64,000 bases of DNA from Felis catus (lineage: Eukaryota). The stretch is taken from the NCBI RefSeq assembly GCF_018350175.1, contig NC_058368.1, positions 102,860,001 through 102,924,000 of the forward strand, read 5' to 3'. Shown piece by piece: positions 37,575-50,212 of the stretch (within the stretch, counting starts at the first letter, position 1; each line of letters starts with the position of its first letter). The position numbers were made by a program, and so were the translations under genes. The notes under the pieces are model-generated. The model ran no database searches. It saw only the letters and a list, made by a program, of their open reading frames with translations, and was not told the origin of the DNA.

Positions 37575-39454
37575 ACTCTTTTTCCTTTCTAAATGATTCC
37601 TAGAAAAAGAGATGCGTTTGAAGAAGGCTAAGGAAAATATCACTTTATTAATAACTGCGCATCAGCCTCAATACCAGTGCTGCAAGCCTGCACCTCACCA
37701 CCCATGGCCTTCTTCGTGCTTGATCCAACAGAAGCCTAGAGCCCAGAATCAAAGTAGACTGAAGACAGGCCACACTACACTGCTACGTCTTCACTAGAGG
37801 ATCGCCCCTTAGCAGTCTCATAGGACAAAAAGATACCTCTGTCAAAATAAAGGAAATAGGGTGAAAGCAGAGCCCCATGAAGGTTTATCTGTGCTTGCAG
37901 TGTATCTTCCATAAGAAAACATGGCTGACCAGTACCTTGATATTTGTCAGATTAGCACTCTACCCCCTTGGAAGATGGGGTTCTTGCTCCGGATGCCCAC
38001 TCATCCTTGAATAAGAAAGAGGAGAAAAAAGAGGGAAGAAGAAAACACCTTCGTCCCTAAGAGGACCCAGGTTAAGAACAAAAGATAAGGATATCATCTT
38101 TTAAACATCTAAAGCAACAATTGGAAAGAGAAGGGAAATTAATCTTCAATTACCTTTTTAAACTTTGGGGGTTCATGAAAATAAAAGCCATATTTTTTTC
38201 CAAGCACTTCTAGGTTTTTCAAACCATCTGTGCTTCGAGGAGAATTTAGTACATGTGTTTTTAGTTAATTTACACTTAACTCATCAAAATGTTGACTTGT
38301 TATTCCAGCTATTTGATGTCTCAGAAATCATACACACATTTTAATATATGTTCAAAAGTCTTTCCCCCATTTGGATAAGGAAGTCATCATCAGCTGGCAG
38401 TAAACAGAACCTGGAAGAGCTTAAGTCTGATTCTGACAGAGAAGTGAGGAGATTCCAAGGAGTTTGAAACTCGGCAAACTACTTTCCACGCACACGGTGA
38501 CAAGCACTTTGAAGGGAAAAACATGAGAAGTGACCCCCAAAACATGAAAATCATCACAAGCATAAAGGGAGTCTCTAGGATATGAAGATGTTTAGTCAGG
38601 GGACTTGCAATATATATCATATTAACTCTATATTCCTGAAATAAAAGAATTTTGAGATCAGCACAAAAAGCCCCGTGCTGGTCTCTGTGTACCAAATACT
38701 GTAGAGAAGCCAGTAGGTTAATTTTTCCATGAAAAAGGACAAAGGATGTTTTTGAACTTCTGATGATCCAATGATCTTCTTTCCTTTTAAGTAAAATGTA
38801 TTAAATGCGTATCCAATAAAAGGTCCTTTATATTCACAGCAATAGGCTGGAAACATTTTTTCTTTTTCCCCAGCTTGAATGTGTTTCTAGACCAGAATGC
38901 TTGAGTAAAAGCTATCACCGACTGTTGTTTGATGGTCTGGTTCTACACCCGACTAAAGCTTCAGTTAGATCTAGAGCAATTCTCATGATATTTGCACGCA
39001 GACTCTTGAGAACTGTTTGATGCAAGAACCCGGCCTTTTGTGACTGCAGACAAGGGGTTCAGAGACTGAGCGCAGACTATGGAAGGCATTCTGAGGCCAA
39101 ATCTCACGTAAGTACAAGAGGAACCAATTCATGTCTAAGAATGACCCTAGACAGAAGCCGAAGATTCCAGATTTGGAGCAGCAGATCAATAGGCACATGA
39201 AAGACACTGGAGGGAGCAGGGCAGCCAAGAGATTGGGGAAATGTTCTAGAGGGTAGTGTGGGGGGTGGGGAAGGCACAGACAGACACAGAGGTCGAGGAA
39301 GGGCAGTTTGGGGGCAATTCTCATGATCATGAGCTCCTTGAACGGTTTGGCTTGCTTCTCTGTTCTGGGATAAATTCAAAACGTAACACGGTAGCAGGAG
39401 CAGAAGGAAACACAATAATCATCTCACCCAAATTTATACATTTTAGCTCTCTCA

Positions 39455-39880
39455 TTTTTTAAAGTTTTTATTTATTTATTTTGAAAGAGTGCGCAGGAGG
39501 GAGAGAGATAAAGAGAAAGGAGAAAGAGAATGACAGAGAGAGAGATGAAAAGATGTGGGGGTTAGAACTCACAAACTGTGGGGGCGCCTGGGTGGCGCAG
39601 TCGGTTAAGCGTCCGACTTCAGCCAGGTCACGATCTCGTGGTCCGTGAGTTCGAGCCCCGCGTCAGGCTCTGGGCTGATGGCTCAGAGCCTGGAGCCTGT
39701 TTCTGATTCTGTGTCTCCCTCTCTCTCTGCCCCTCCCCCGTTCATGCTCTGTCTCTCTCTGTCCCAAAAATAAATAAACGTTGAAAAAAAAAAAAAAAAA
39801 GAACTCACAAACTGTGAGATCATGATCTGAGCCAAAACCAAGAGTCTGACGCTTAACAGACTGAGCCACCCAGGTGCCCC
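39455..39880 (-). mobile_element. Older CanSINE hosting a nested SINE
   Basis: Tail and GA tract 39455-39563, head 39817-39880. Confidence 0.88.
39581..39799 (+). mobile_element. Young CanSINE nested antiparallel in older SINE
   Basis: 17-bp TSD AGAACTCACAAACTGTG at 39564 and 39800. Confidence 0.96.
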
Positions 39881-42800
39881 TGGTCTTCTTATTTTTATAA
39901 TTGTGGATTTTGTTGCTCAGACTGGATGGGTAACGTTTTACCCTAGGATGCTATAGCTAGTTCAGTGTTGGCCAGAGTGACCGTGAGGCCTTCCTTTATT
40001 TCCAGACCAGTGTTCTTTCTACGCACCACATCCCAAGTACATTCGTCATTTCCTGTTTCCTTTTGTCTTTTTAAAGTTTCCTTTTTTTTCCTTTTTTTCC
40101 TTTTTTTCCCCACTTGCCTCATTCATTCCCACTGTAACTCGAGATTGAAGAAGCGACAAAACGTCACATCCAATGCTCCGGTGCAAGTATTTTCAGAGGG
40201 GGTCACAGCGATGCATGTTTGCTTTGTGAAGTTTCACGCTCATTCTCAACATATGGGTTCAAAGCTGTGAACCAACCATGAACCTTGGGAGCTGGGAGTC
40301 GACAAGATGGGACTAATATGTAAAAGAAAAGGAGGTTCAGAAGGACTTGTTGGATGTCCGCTCTCTTTTCAAAAAGAACATTCTGGTGAGTTAAGCGTAA
40401 ATGAGTTGGGAACACACGGATTTTATTCGCTTGCCCGATGCATGGGTTTAAACGTGAATGGAAAAAAGCACTCCGAACAACACGATGTGAATTTTATTGG
40501 TCTTTTTTTCTCTAGAGGATGGAAGCTGAAAAATGATGCAGACAAGTAAATTGAAAGCCATCATGAGTTTTAAACGCATGTATAGCACATGACACTGTCA
40601 GACGGAACAGTAAGGACATCTGGGCTGAGAGCTCTCATTTTGAAAGCCCTGGTATACTTTCAGTGGGTGACTTCATTATAATACTGAAAGAAGTTTCCAG
40701 GCAGGTTTTTTGTTTTTTGTTTTTTATCTGAACTTTCTGTCTGAGAATAGGGGACAGGGCTGTGAGAAATCCACTTCATTGTAAGGAATGTAATGCTTCA
40801 GTAAAGGTTGTAATTGGGCAATTAGAAGACAAGATATAATAAACGACTTGGTTTAACATAGTAAGGCTTTCCGAAAAATAAGACAATCTACTGGATGATC
40901 TTTTTATGTATCATTTTGTCTGCCCCAGACATTTTACTTTGGGTAGTGCAGGTCGGATCTTTGCGGAATCCTGATGATTTCCACCAAAAGAAGTAAACAA
41001 ACATGTCAGTATTCTCATCGTCTTCTGGTATCTCTGCCTCTTTGGCCAACTTCATGGGGGGATATTTGGTAATTATTCTATGATCATTATGTGAGTCTTT
41101 ACGTGATCATTATGGGAAATTCTTCGCTTTTGTTGTAGGAACACTCCATAATTAGCTACATAAAGTTTAAACCTTCTGTACAGGCAGTATCCACAAACTC
41201 CTCTTTTTTCAAAGCAATGCATGTTTCTTGATGTGCCCACGAACTTCTAAGACGACATGTAAGTTTATGTAAGCGCTCCCTGGTTAGCTTGTGATGGGAC
41301 TCTCTTTAGAACACGCTAGCAAGACTGAAATCAAACTGTTTCAGATGCTACAGTTAGATGAAATCACAAGGAAGCTATTCTTGGAATTTTATTAAAATGC
41401 TATGTTGGTTGGAACAAAAAAAACCACTCACGTCTATGGAGTAGAGCATCCTCAAAACAGTGTACCTTTACTGATGGATCCAGGCCACATCACACAGCCC
41501 GAGTGCACGTCAGCATCACATCTGTCATTAAACAAGTGACTCAATTTTTTTTTTTCTTGCCGCTGTTTCATGTATTTCAAATAGAAAGAAAACTGGGCTG
41601 CACTTCAAAATTTAAATACGGTGAATGAAAAGGCTTTGTTCACATTTAATTAAATTACTGTTTATATGCCATATGTTTGATCAGACATTGCTTGTATCCC
41701 AGATGGAGGCAATGGGGAGGAATAAGGTATAATTTTTTCCCCCTCTTCTCCGAGTACAAGGCACAAATTGAGATGATTTTCTAAAAAGTGTCATCACAGT
41801 GACAAACTCACAGGGCCACTGCTGTGACATCAGCCCTTAAATGATCCCTTCATGGCTCATCAACTCTCAGAACTGTAAAGATAACCTGTCTGAAGATAGG
41901 TAGGACCCTGGGCTCCAGAAGACAATACATCAGCTATTTTGGAGAGTCTCTTAGTGAAACTTTCCTCAGGGATACTGCTGCTCTGATGTGGCAACACCGT
42001 ATTCGTCAGGATCTCGGATCAGGTTTATTTTGTAAATCATAAATAAAAAATAAAGAGGCGTTGATTTACAGACGGCAACTTAAGTCACGAAAATGTAAAT
42101 TCAGAAACATCTCCTGCAGTGTGAGTTGGAAAGAGAGAGAGATCACTGTGTGGGCGTTCCCTAGGTTCAGAGGAGGCCCTTTTCTCTTTTTCTTTCTTTC
42201 TCTTTTTTTCACATTCCTCACTCACCAAATGGATGTGCTTTGCAGAGAGGAAGGGAAGAGTCCTTTTTACCATATGAAGCGAGCATGTGTTTTCCTTGCT
42301 TTTGCTGCTCTGCTGTTTTTGCCATATTTTCTGAGTTCAAGTCTCTAATCAGTTGGTGGGAGTGTAGATGTAATGACATTTATTTTGGAAAACATGTTCT
42401 GCTAACATTTTGTAGTAATGTAAGCCATTTAATTCTAAAATTGGCAGCTGAAACTAACACTGTGTCCACATAAACAACTACTCAAATGTTTCAGTCAAAG
42501 GCATTTTGGGCACCCAGGGCCAGGACATCCTTTCTGGGTCTGCACACTTCTAAAAGTCCAAGTTTGGCAGGCAGGGGCTTACCTCCAACCCACACAGACA
42601 GAACCTGAAGAATCTTTCCTGTGCCTCCATGTACACAAAAAGAGGTCCTCGCCTTTTGTTTTTCAAATGAATAAGTAGAAGCAGAGGAAACACATGAATG
42701 AAATTCTTGGCCTCGGCAGTGGTCTCGAGGGGTGGGCTGATCTGTTCTTCGGAGAGAGGGACAAGCCAAGCGGTCGGGGAGGGAAGTGGGGAGGCTTCCC

Positions 42801-42959
42801 TGTGACTGTGACACACATACTAAGCTCAGATTAGAACACTTCTCATTTTCTATTCTCTCCAAAGGGCGGAGGAGGAGAACCCATCTGCCATCTTGGCTTG
42901 CCAGATGAGACAGTCTCAGGACAGGAGCGAGGGCACTCTGATACTACAGGACAGTAGTC

Positions 42960-43230
42960 ATTTTATTTTTGTGAGCATCTACCGTAGGCTAGGTGGTGTA
43001 ACAAACCTTTTAGGCCTTATTAAAATATCACAAAACTCCTGTAGTAGTACTATAGGTGAATAAGATCATAATATTTAGAATAGAATACAATAGGATAGGA
43101 TAGGATAGGATAGGATAGGATAGGATAGGATAGAATAGAACGGACACAGTAAGTTTGGCTAATTTGCTACAGTCCTGCGACTAGCAAGTAACAACATGAG
43201 GATTTAAATTATGGAATCTACCCCAGTGAC
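42960..43230 (-). mobile_element. MIR with internal (ATAGG)n at ~43076-43140
   Basis: TTTGTGAGCATCTAC...TAATTTGCTACAGTC...CTAGCAAGT...GGATTTAAA. Confidence 0.55.
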
Positions 43231-43519
43231 CATCTCCTTCCGTATCATCATCCAGATCAACACGGGACACAAATTGTGGGCAAGCAAACCAGGGAGAGGA
43301 GGGAAGTGAGAGAAAATAAACAACGTTGTGTGATAACCGAGTGACGAATATTACCACGCTACTACTTAGGTTATTTAAATCCTTGATCTACGGGAGAGAG
43401 TCATGAGTGCACCCAAATTTGAAAGTGGTCTTATGATAGATACTTGACAATGATTAAAAACACACCCTCCCCCGAAAGGCTTAAAGACACACACCGGAGT
43501 CTTTAGTTTTACTAAATGC

Positions 43520-44385
43520 AACAGTTGCCCAGGTTCACGCTTCTGAGTCATCCTTAACATCATCCTCCTTCTGATATGCCAGAGCTCACCTTGTCCCAGC
43601 CTTGTTTTCCTCCCATTTTTCTCCACTTCAGGAACGGGTTCCACCACCGGCTCTGTGCACAAGCCAGGAGCCCGGGAGTCATCCTTGTTATCAGACTCTT
43701 CCTGGTGGTCCATGTTCAATCTTTTACTTAGTCTTATTTTTCTTCCTAAATACCTCTTGAATCTGTGCATTTTATGTTTGCCACCTCCTTCATCATTCCA
43801 CTATTACCTGGATTTCTAGAATAGTTTTGTCCCTCTGACCTCTGAACCAATGAGCACAGACTAGGCAGGAGAATGTGTTAGTGAGGCAGATCCGGTCCCA
43901 CCAGCCTCCTGCCTCAGGTCCAAGACTGTCCGGATCAAGACAGAAATCCTTAACGCGGCCTGTGAGGCCCTGTGTCGGCTGGCCTCAGTTCTCGATCTTC
44001 ACCTCATAGTACTCCCCTCTTCTTCTCTGTACCTCATCACCTTGACCTTTCAGTTTCTGCCTCATGACCTTTGCAAATACTCTTTCCCAAATCCTTCTCC
44101 TCTTTCCTGAGTGACCTTGAACTTACCTTTAGATAGTTCTGCATTCCCTTCCCCCCATCAGGGGCCCGCTTTCCATACATCTTCTCTGAGCATCCTCCCC
44201 TTCCCTTTGCACAGTATAACAAGAAAAAAAATGAAAAATATCTGCTTGTCTATTTCCCCGAGCAAAAACTATAAGAGCAAAAACCCAATCCGCCTTGTTC
44301 ACCAGTCTACGTACAACACATAGCACAGAGCCTTTCACCTATTAGGTAGCTAGTTAATCCTTGAATGACGAGATGAACAAATACT
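43520..44385 (+). mobile_element. L2a 3' portion
   Basis: CAAGCCAGGAGCCCGGGAGTCATCCTTG, CCTAAATACCTCTTGAATC; ends TTGAATGACGAGATGAA. Confidence 0.75.
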
Positions 44386-44678
44386 TCCTGATCGGCTTCA
44401 ATTAAGGAAGAGAGTGAGTCATCTTAGAACTCTCACTGTAGGTTCCTAGAAGCAGTCACTATAGCTTTTCTTCTTGTTACCATTGGTGGGGCCATGATGC
44501 CTGGGAGATTCTCACTTGTGGGCTTACTGAATCTACAAGCTACATGCGTGGACAGGAGGCCCCTGCCTACTAGGAAGCAGAATATCCTTCTGCCATATAA
44601 GACCTAAGTCCTTCACCTTCTACGCGAATTAGGGAGCTGTAGGGCATACCTTTGATGATCTGGATTCCTCTTTCCTCT

Positions 44679-45159
44679 TGTATCAGCCAGGGTTCTCCAG
44701 AGAGAAACTGAACTACCAGGATATATATATATATATATAAAAGAAGGAGTTGACTCACACGATTTGGGAGGTTGAGATGTCCCATGATCTGCCATCTTCA
44801 AACTAGAGAAGCAGGGAGTCTGGCGATCAAGTCCAAAGGGCTGAGAGTTCGAGAGCCAATGGTATATATGCCAGGTCTGATGGGAAAGCCTGAGAACCAG
44901 AAACACAGAGTCTAGGAGAAGATCAAAGTCCAGATCAAGAAGTCAAGCTGAGAGTAAATCCAACCTTCTCCCACCCTTTTGTTTCCTTCAGGCTCTCGGT
45001 GGCTTGGACGATGTGATCCTTCACTGGAGAGAGCCATCTGCTTTCCTAAGTCCACCAACCCAAATACTAATCTCAAAGGGGAACACCTAAAAATAATGTG
45101 TAGACAAGTACCGGGGCTTCCCGTGACCCTGTCAGGTTGACCCAAAACTGACCATTACA
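44679..45159 (-). mobile_element. MLT2B-like ERVL solo LTR
   Basis: TGTATCAGCCAGGGTTCTCCAGAGA ... TTGACCCAAAACTGACCATTACA; perfect 5-bp TSD CCTCT. Confidence 0.9.
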
Positions 45160-45525
45160 CCTCTACGGCCAGATACACATCTAACCCTCCTGGTTTGGGA
45201 TAGTTTGGTTTCACTGTAACTTTCAGAGCTGTAGCAGCTGAGATTCTTGTCGTTCATTTGTGAGCTTATAGTTGTTGGAAATCTAATGGAGACAATCCAC
45301 TAACTCTAGTAAATAGTACTCATAAATTCTCAAAGACACACTTCACATGCTCTCCTTAAAATTACACTAGAGATGCTTACAAGTATTACCTGTAATGAGT
45401 AAGAGGATACAATAAACAGTCTTTATAAAATGTTCTAATATAATCCAGTAACTGTGGGAAAGTTGTTAGCTACGGTTAAAGTGAAGAACCTAAAATATTT
45501 CCATTTTTTTATACCTGGCTACAAA

Positions 45526-45710
45526 TTCTTCCTTCCTCCCATCTTTGCCTCCTTCTTTCTTTCTCCCTCCATACCTCCCTCCCTCCCTTCCCCCTTCCCC
45601 CTTCCCTCCCTTCCTTTCCTTCCTTCCTTCTCTCCCTGGCTCCCCCTTCCTCCCTTCCTTCTCTCTTTCCTTCTTCCTTCCTCCCTTCCTCCCTCCCTTC
45701 CTTCCTTCCT
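45526..45710. repeat. CT-rich low complexity (CCTT/CCCT)n
   Basis: Direct observation. Confidence 0.93.
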
Positions 45711-45721
45711 ATGTAACTCTT

Positions 45722-45935
45722 TTTTTTTTTTTCAACGTTTATTTATTTTTGGGACCGAGAGAGACAGAGCATGAACGGGGGAGGAGCAGAGAGAGAGGGA
45801 GACACAGAATCGGAAACAGGCTCCAGGCTCTGAGCCATCAGCCCAGAGCCCGACGCGGGGCTCGAACTCACGGACCGCGAGATCGTGACCTGGCTGAAGT
45901 CGGACGCTTAACCCACTGCGCCACCCAGGCGCCCC
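45722..45935 (-). mobile_element. CanSINE, young variant
   Basis: TSD CTATGTAACTCTT. Confidence 0.96.
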
Positions 45936-47251
45936 TCTATGTAACTCTTAAAGTGAAAGTTGTGTTCAGTTACTTTAGTTATATGCACATTCTAATTTTT
46001 CAACATCACACCAAAATGCCAGTGTGTAGTTCACAGATACAAATACACTTAGTGACTAGCTTCACCAATGGAAGTAATACCCCTGAAAACGATCCAATAT
46101 TAAAAGAGAGATAATACTAAGAAGTGAATGATTGGTATGAAAAAAGAGAGTTCTAGATCTTAGAGTTACAGTCATGTCCCTCTTCTGTAAATTATTTGCC
46201 AGATTGTCGGTGTTTAGAAAGTTAAAGTATGATATTAGATTCTGGTAGTTTGCTACGTTATCCTAAAATTAACATGTTCCTATATTTGGAGCAATGACCT
46301 AGAAAATAAGATTGACTGAGCCATTTTGTTAAGTCTCCTTATTTTTCTGTACCCTAGGTTTCTCGTAGGCAGGCCTGATAAAAACTCTGTGCACATTTCA
46401 TGGGCTGGTTATTCCTGCCATTCTGACTCTCGTCCCACACAATGACAACTCCAGAGAGAGTGCAACATGAGAAAATTTGAACATCTCCTCCCATAGCATT
46501 ACGCATACAATAAAATTACTACTGTTGTAAGTACAAGTGGGGAAAAAGCAAGCAGACACTTCAACTTTATCAAATCTGCTGGTTTAACTGAAAACAAAAC
46601 AGAATCCATCAATGTAGGAAAGCGAGATATTACTCTAGTTGGGTCAAAATAAGAATTTGAAGGCATTAGCTAAATATGAAATGGCACGGAATCAGTCGTA
46701 AATTAAACCGAAAAAAGCTCGCCTAACAGAATCACAACTACTAACATCGCTCTCTTTTTTATTTCTGAACGACAGAGCATTGTTTGAGATATGGATCAGT
46801 TGCCATTGACGATAGTCATTCATTGAGTTTAAAATCAAAGGGTGGAGCAGAGACCATATTGAATAAACCGCAAGTTTTCAATTTTTTACAATGAATTTGA
46901 AACAACTGCTGGATTTTCTCTTTTATTTAAGTAGTAATTACATTTCTTCATTCCACTTTCCAGTTCAAGTATTCATCACTTACTGACGTACCGAGATTCT
47001 GAGGTTAAAAGGCTAGAGGCAAGCTGACTAGATTCTACACGTTTTTTTCTCATTTCTGAAACTATGGACGCTGGCTGATCAGGATCGCTAGATATTGTGT
47101 TAATGGAAGGTTCATTTTGTTCCTTTAGTTTTACCACCCTGGTTTCCTCTTTGACGTACACTATTTTGACTTTCGTCGGTTTCCGATTTGGAAAGGAAGA
47201 AAGGTTGATTGCATGTTAGAGCGTCCATACAGCCTCTTGAAAATCATCCAA

Positions 47252-47490
47252 GGGGCGCCTGGGTGGCTCAGTCGGTTAAGCGTCCGACTTCAGCTCAGGT
47301 CACGATCTCGCAGTCCATGAGTTCGAGCCCTGCGTCGGGCTCTGGGATGACGGCTCAGAGCCTGGAGCCTGCTTCCGATTCTGTGTCTCCCTCTCTCTCT
47401 GCCCCTCCCCTGTTGATGCTCTGTCTCTCTCTGTCTCAAAAATAAATAAACGTTAAAAAAAAAACTAAAAAAAAAAAAAAAAAAAAAAAA
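47252..47490 (+). mobile_element. CanSINE
   Basis: TSD GAAAATCATCCAA; long poly-A. Confidence 0.96.
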
Positions 47491-47733
47491 GAAAATCATC
47501 CAAGATCCACAGAGATTTTAGAGAAAGGGAGTCTCAAGTCCAACACCCACTTTTAAGGTGCAATCCTTGAGAATCAGGGAAGTTTCATGGCTTGAAAAAG
47601 GTCACATATTTGACCTTTTACAAGTGGATCCAATATGGCCCAGTGATGGCAAAGTGACAGGAACTTCACATCAGTGACTAGCTGTCACTTGCCACCAACT
47701 TCAGTTTCGTGACATCACTCAAATTGTGGCTTT

Positions 47734-47951
47734 TTAAAAAATTTTTTTAACGTTTCTTTATTTTTGAGACAGAGAGAGACAGAGCATGAACAGGGGAGGG
47801 GCAGAGACAGAGGGAGACACAGAATCCAAAACAGGCTCCAGGCTTTGAGCCATCAGCCCAGAGCCCGACGCGGGGCTTGAACTCACGGACCACGAGATCG
47901 TGACCTGAGCCGAAGTCGGACGCTGGACCGACTGAGCCACCCAGGCGCCCC
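47734..47951 (-). mobile_element. CanSINE
   Basis: TSD CTCAAATTGTGGCTTT. Confidence 0.96.
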
Positions 47952-49520
47952 TCAAATTGTGGCTTTGAATGGTTGCTAACTGTTACCTTTTAAGTGTACC
48001 TTGTACCCCTAGAAAAATCAAGCTCTTTGATTTTCTTTTGTCCCCATAGTTGGCCAGCACAGTGCAAAACACCCTCAGTAAAAATTTAAATGAGCCTCTT
48101 TGGTAAGTTCTTTTACTCTTATCAGATCTCCTGAAATGTTTAATTCTGACATTTTTTTTTCTTTGAAAAATAAATGAAAATCTTAGTCACTGCCATAGCC
48201 AGAGTTGGCACATTTGCTGCTGCTATAAACTCTGTGAGCACGGTCTGGGCTGGTCATGCCCAGCATTCTATCACTGATTCTGTTCCAGCATGACTATAAT
48301 TTGAAATACGACACAATACAAAAAAAATATTTGTAGCTTCCGCCTGGACTCAGAGATTAAAACATTCTTTTTTTTTTTTTTTTTTCCTGAGTCAAGTTCA
48401 AGTCCAACCTCTTTGTTTCCATTCTTCTGATCAATATCAGGAAAAACACTTGCCTTCAGCTACACCACCATCACACAGGATGCCCCTCATTGTGCATTCT
48501 GGGGGTTCAAACACTTGCCCAGTTCTGTGCGTTCGCTTTTCAGACGCAGACCCTCACCGGCGGCAGATACGGGCGCTGGCTCCCAGGTGCCTGCTTCCTT
48601 CAGCTACTGTTCGCCGACCTCCGGTTGTGGTTTTCTTTCTCCACTATTCTCCTGGCTCTGACAAAAGACAATCACCCTTCCGGACCTGCACGTGGCTCCG
48701 CGAACACATCCAAATTCTGTTGCTTCAACACTGTTGAGCGACGTGCCACGTCCGCAACGGCAGGCAAGCTAATGTCACGATGCGTTCTGAGTCTTTGAGA
48801 ATTTTCAGTTACTGATCTTGACCTTAAACAGGTCCCTGATTATTTCTTTGTGGCTTGCTCTCATATTGCATTCACAGACAGGGCATGATCACGATTCAGA
48901 AAAGATTGCATTGTTTCTTCCCGGCTGCCCACACTGAAGAAATGTGGCGTTTGTGAAAAGCATTTGGGAATCAAATGTCTTTCAGATTTCTCTAGTATGG
49001 CTTTATATTATAATCCTAAAATTCTTTTCCTTTTCTAAAAGTGAAGGAATCTGAAGTTATGTTTGGCCTCAGGCTTGTTCACATTAGCTGCTGGGCTCTC
49101 AGAGGTCTTTGTTCTGAATACAAGTGATGCTTCTAGTGGACACAGATGACGACTGGAGAAATACAGATGGGCAAGGGTATGGTAGTGCATCATCAGCTCA
49201 AGGAAAGAACATTCGAGAACAACTGGTCTTTCCCTATTTTATCACAGCAAAATGCCCTCCATTCCTTATCTCTCCCCTCTCCCACCCCTTTTCTTCCCTC
49301 CTTTGTTTCGTTTTTATTTTCTATTTTCTTGTTCTTTTTGCACGTCTGGGTATGGTTATCTGTGAGGGAAGAGGGTTTCTCTCATCCTGCTGACTTAGGG
49401 TTACCCAGGTGCAAGCTTCCTCAAGAATTGGAAACTGTGTCCTAATAAAGGAGATAACATTTTTTAATTTCTTGGATAAGGACAAGTAAACTAACTCTGA
49501 GTTTAAAAGTTAATGGTGTA

Positions 49521-49742
49521 GGGGCGCCTGGGTGGCGCAGTCGGTTAAGCGTCCAACTTCAGCCAGGTCACGATCTCGCGGTCCGTGAGTTCGAGCCCCG
49601 CGTCGGGCTCTGGGCTGATGGCTCAGAGCCTGGAGCCTGCTTCCGATTCTGTGTTTCCCTCTCTCTCTGCCCCTCCCCCGTTCATGCTGTCTCTCTCTGT
49701 CCCAAATATAAATAAATGTTGAAAAAAAAAATTAAAAAAAAA
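49521..49742 (+). mobile_element. CanSINE, young variant
   Basis: TSD AAAAGTTAATGG(T/C)GTA. Confidence 0.96.
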
Positions 49743-49999
49743 AAAAGTTAATGGCGTAGATGACAGCCAACTTTTAGCAGGCAAACAAAACAGTTTGAAT
49801 ACGACAAACATGGATTTTGTTTGGTTAGAAAACCATCGTTGAAAAGAGCTAAAAAAAAAAACCAGACTCTGGTACTTGCCTGAGTATGGGTGAAAGGCAT
49901 TTTACCAACACTTCTTTTTTTCTGGCAAAAATATGTTATGTTAATGACCTTAAAACCCATTTTAAGGTTTTAAGGTCATAGCCCTTCCTTGTTCCCATT

Positions 50000-50212
50000 T
50001 TTTTTTTTTAACGTTTCTTTATTTTTGAGACAGAGACAGACAGAGCATGAACGGGATTGGGTCAGAGAGAGAGGGAGACACAGAATCTGAAACAGGCTCC
50101 AGGCTCTGAGCAGTCAGCCCAGAACCTGACGTGGGGCTCGAACTCATGGACCGCGAGATCATGACCTGAGCCGAAGTCGGACGCTGAACCGACTGAGCCA
50201 CCCAGGCACCCC
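50000..50212 (-). mobile_element. CanSINE
   Basis: TSD CCTTGTTCCCATTTTT. Confidence 0.96.

Noticed and set aside
38976..39327. 14-bp direct repeat GCAATTCTCATGAT flanking ~325 bp, possible TSD
   Set aside because: No poly-A, LTR or TIR between the copies; one such match in 64 kb is plausible by chance
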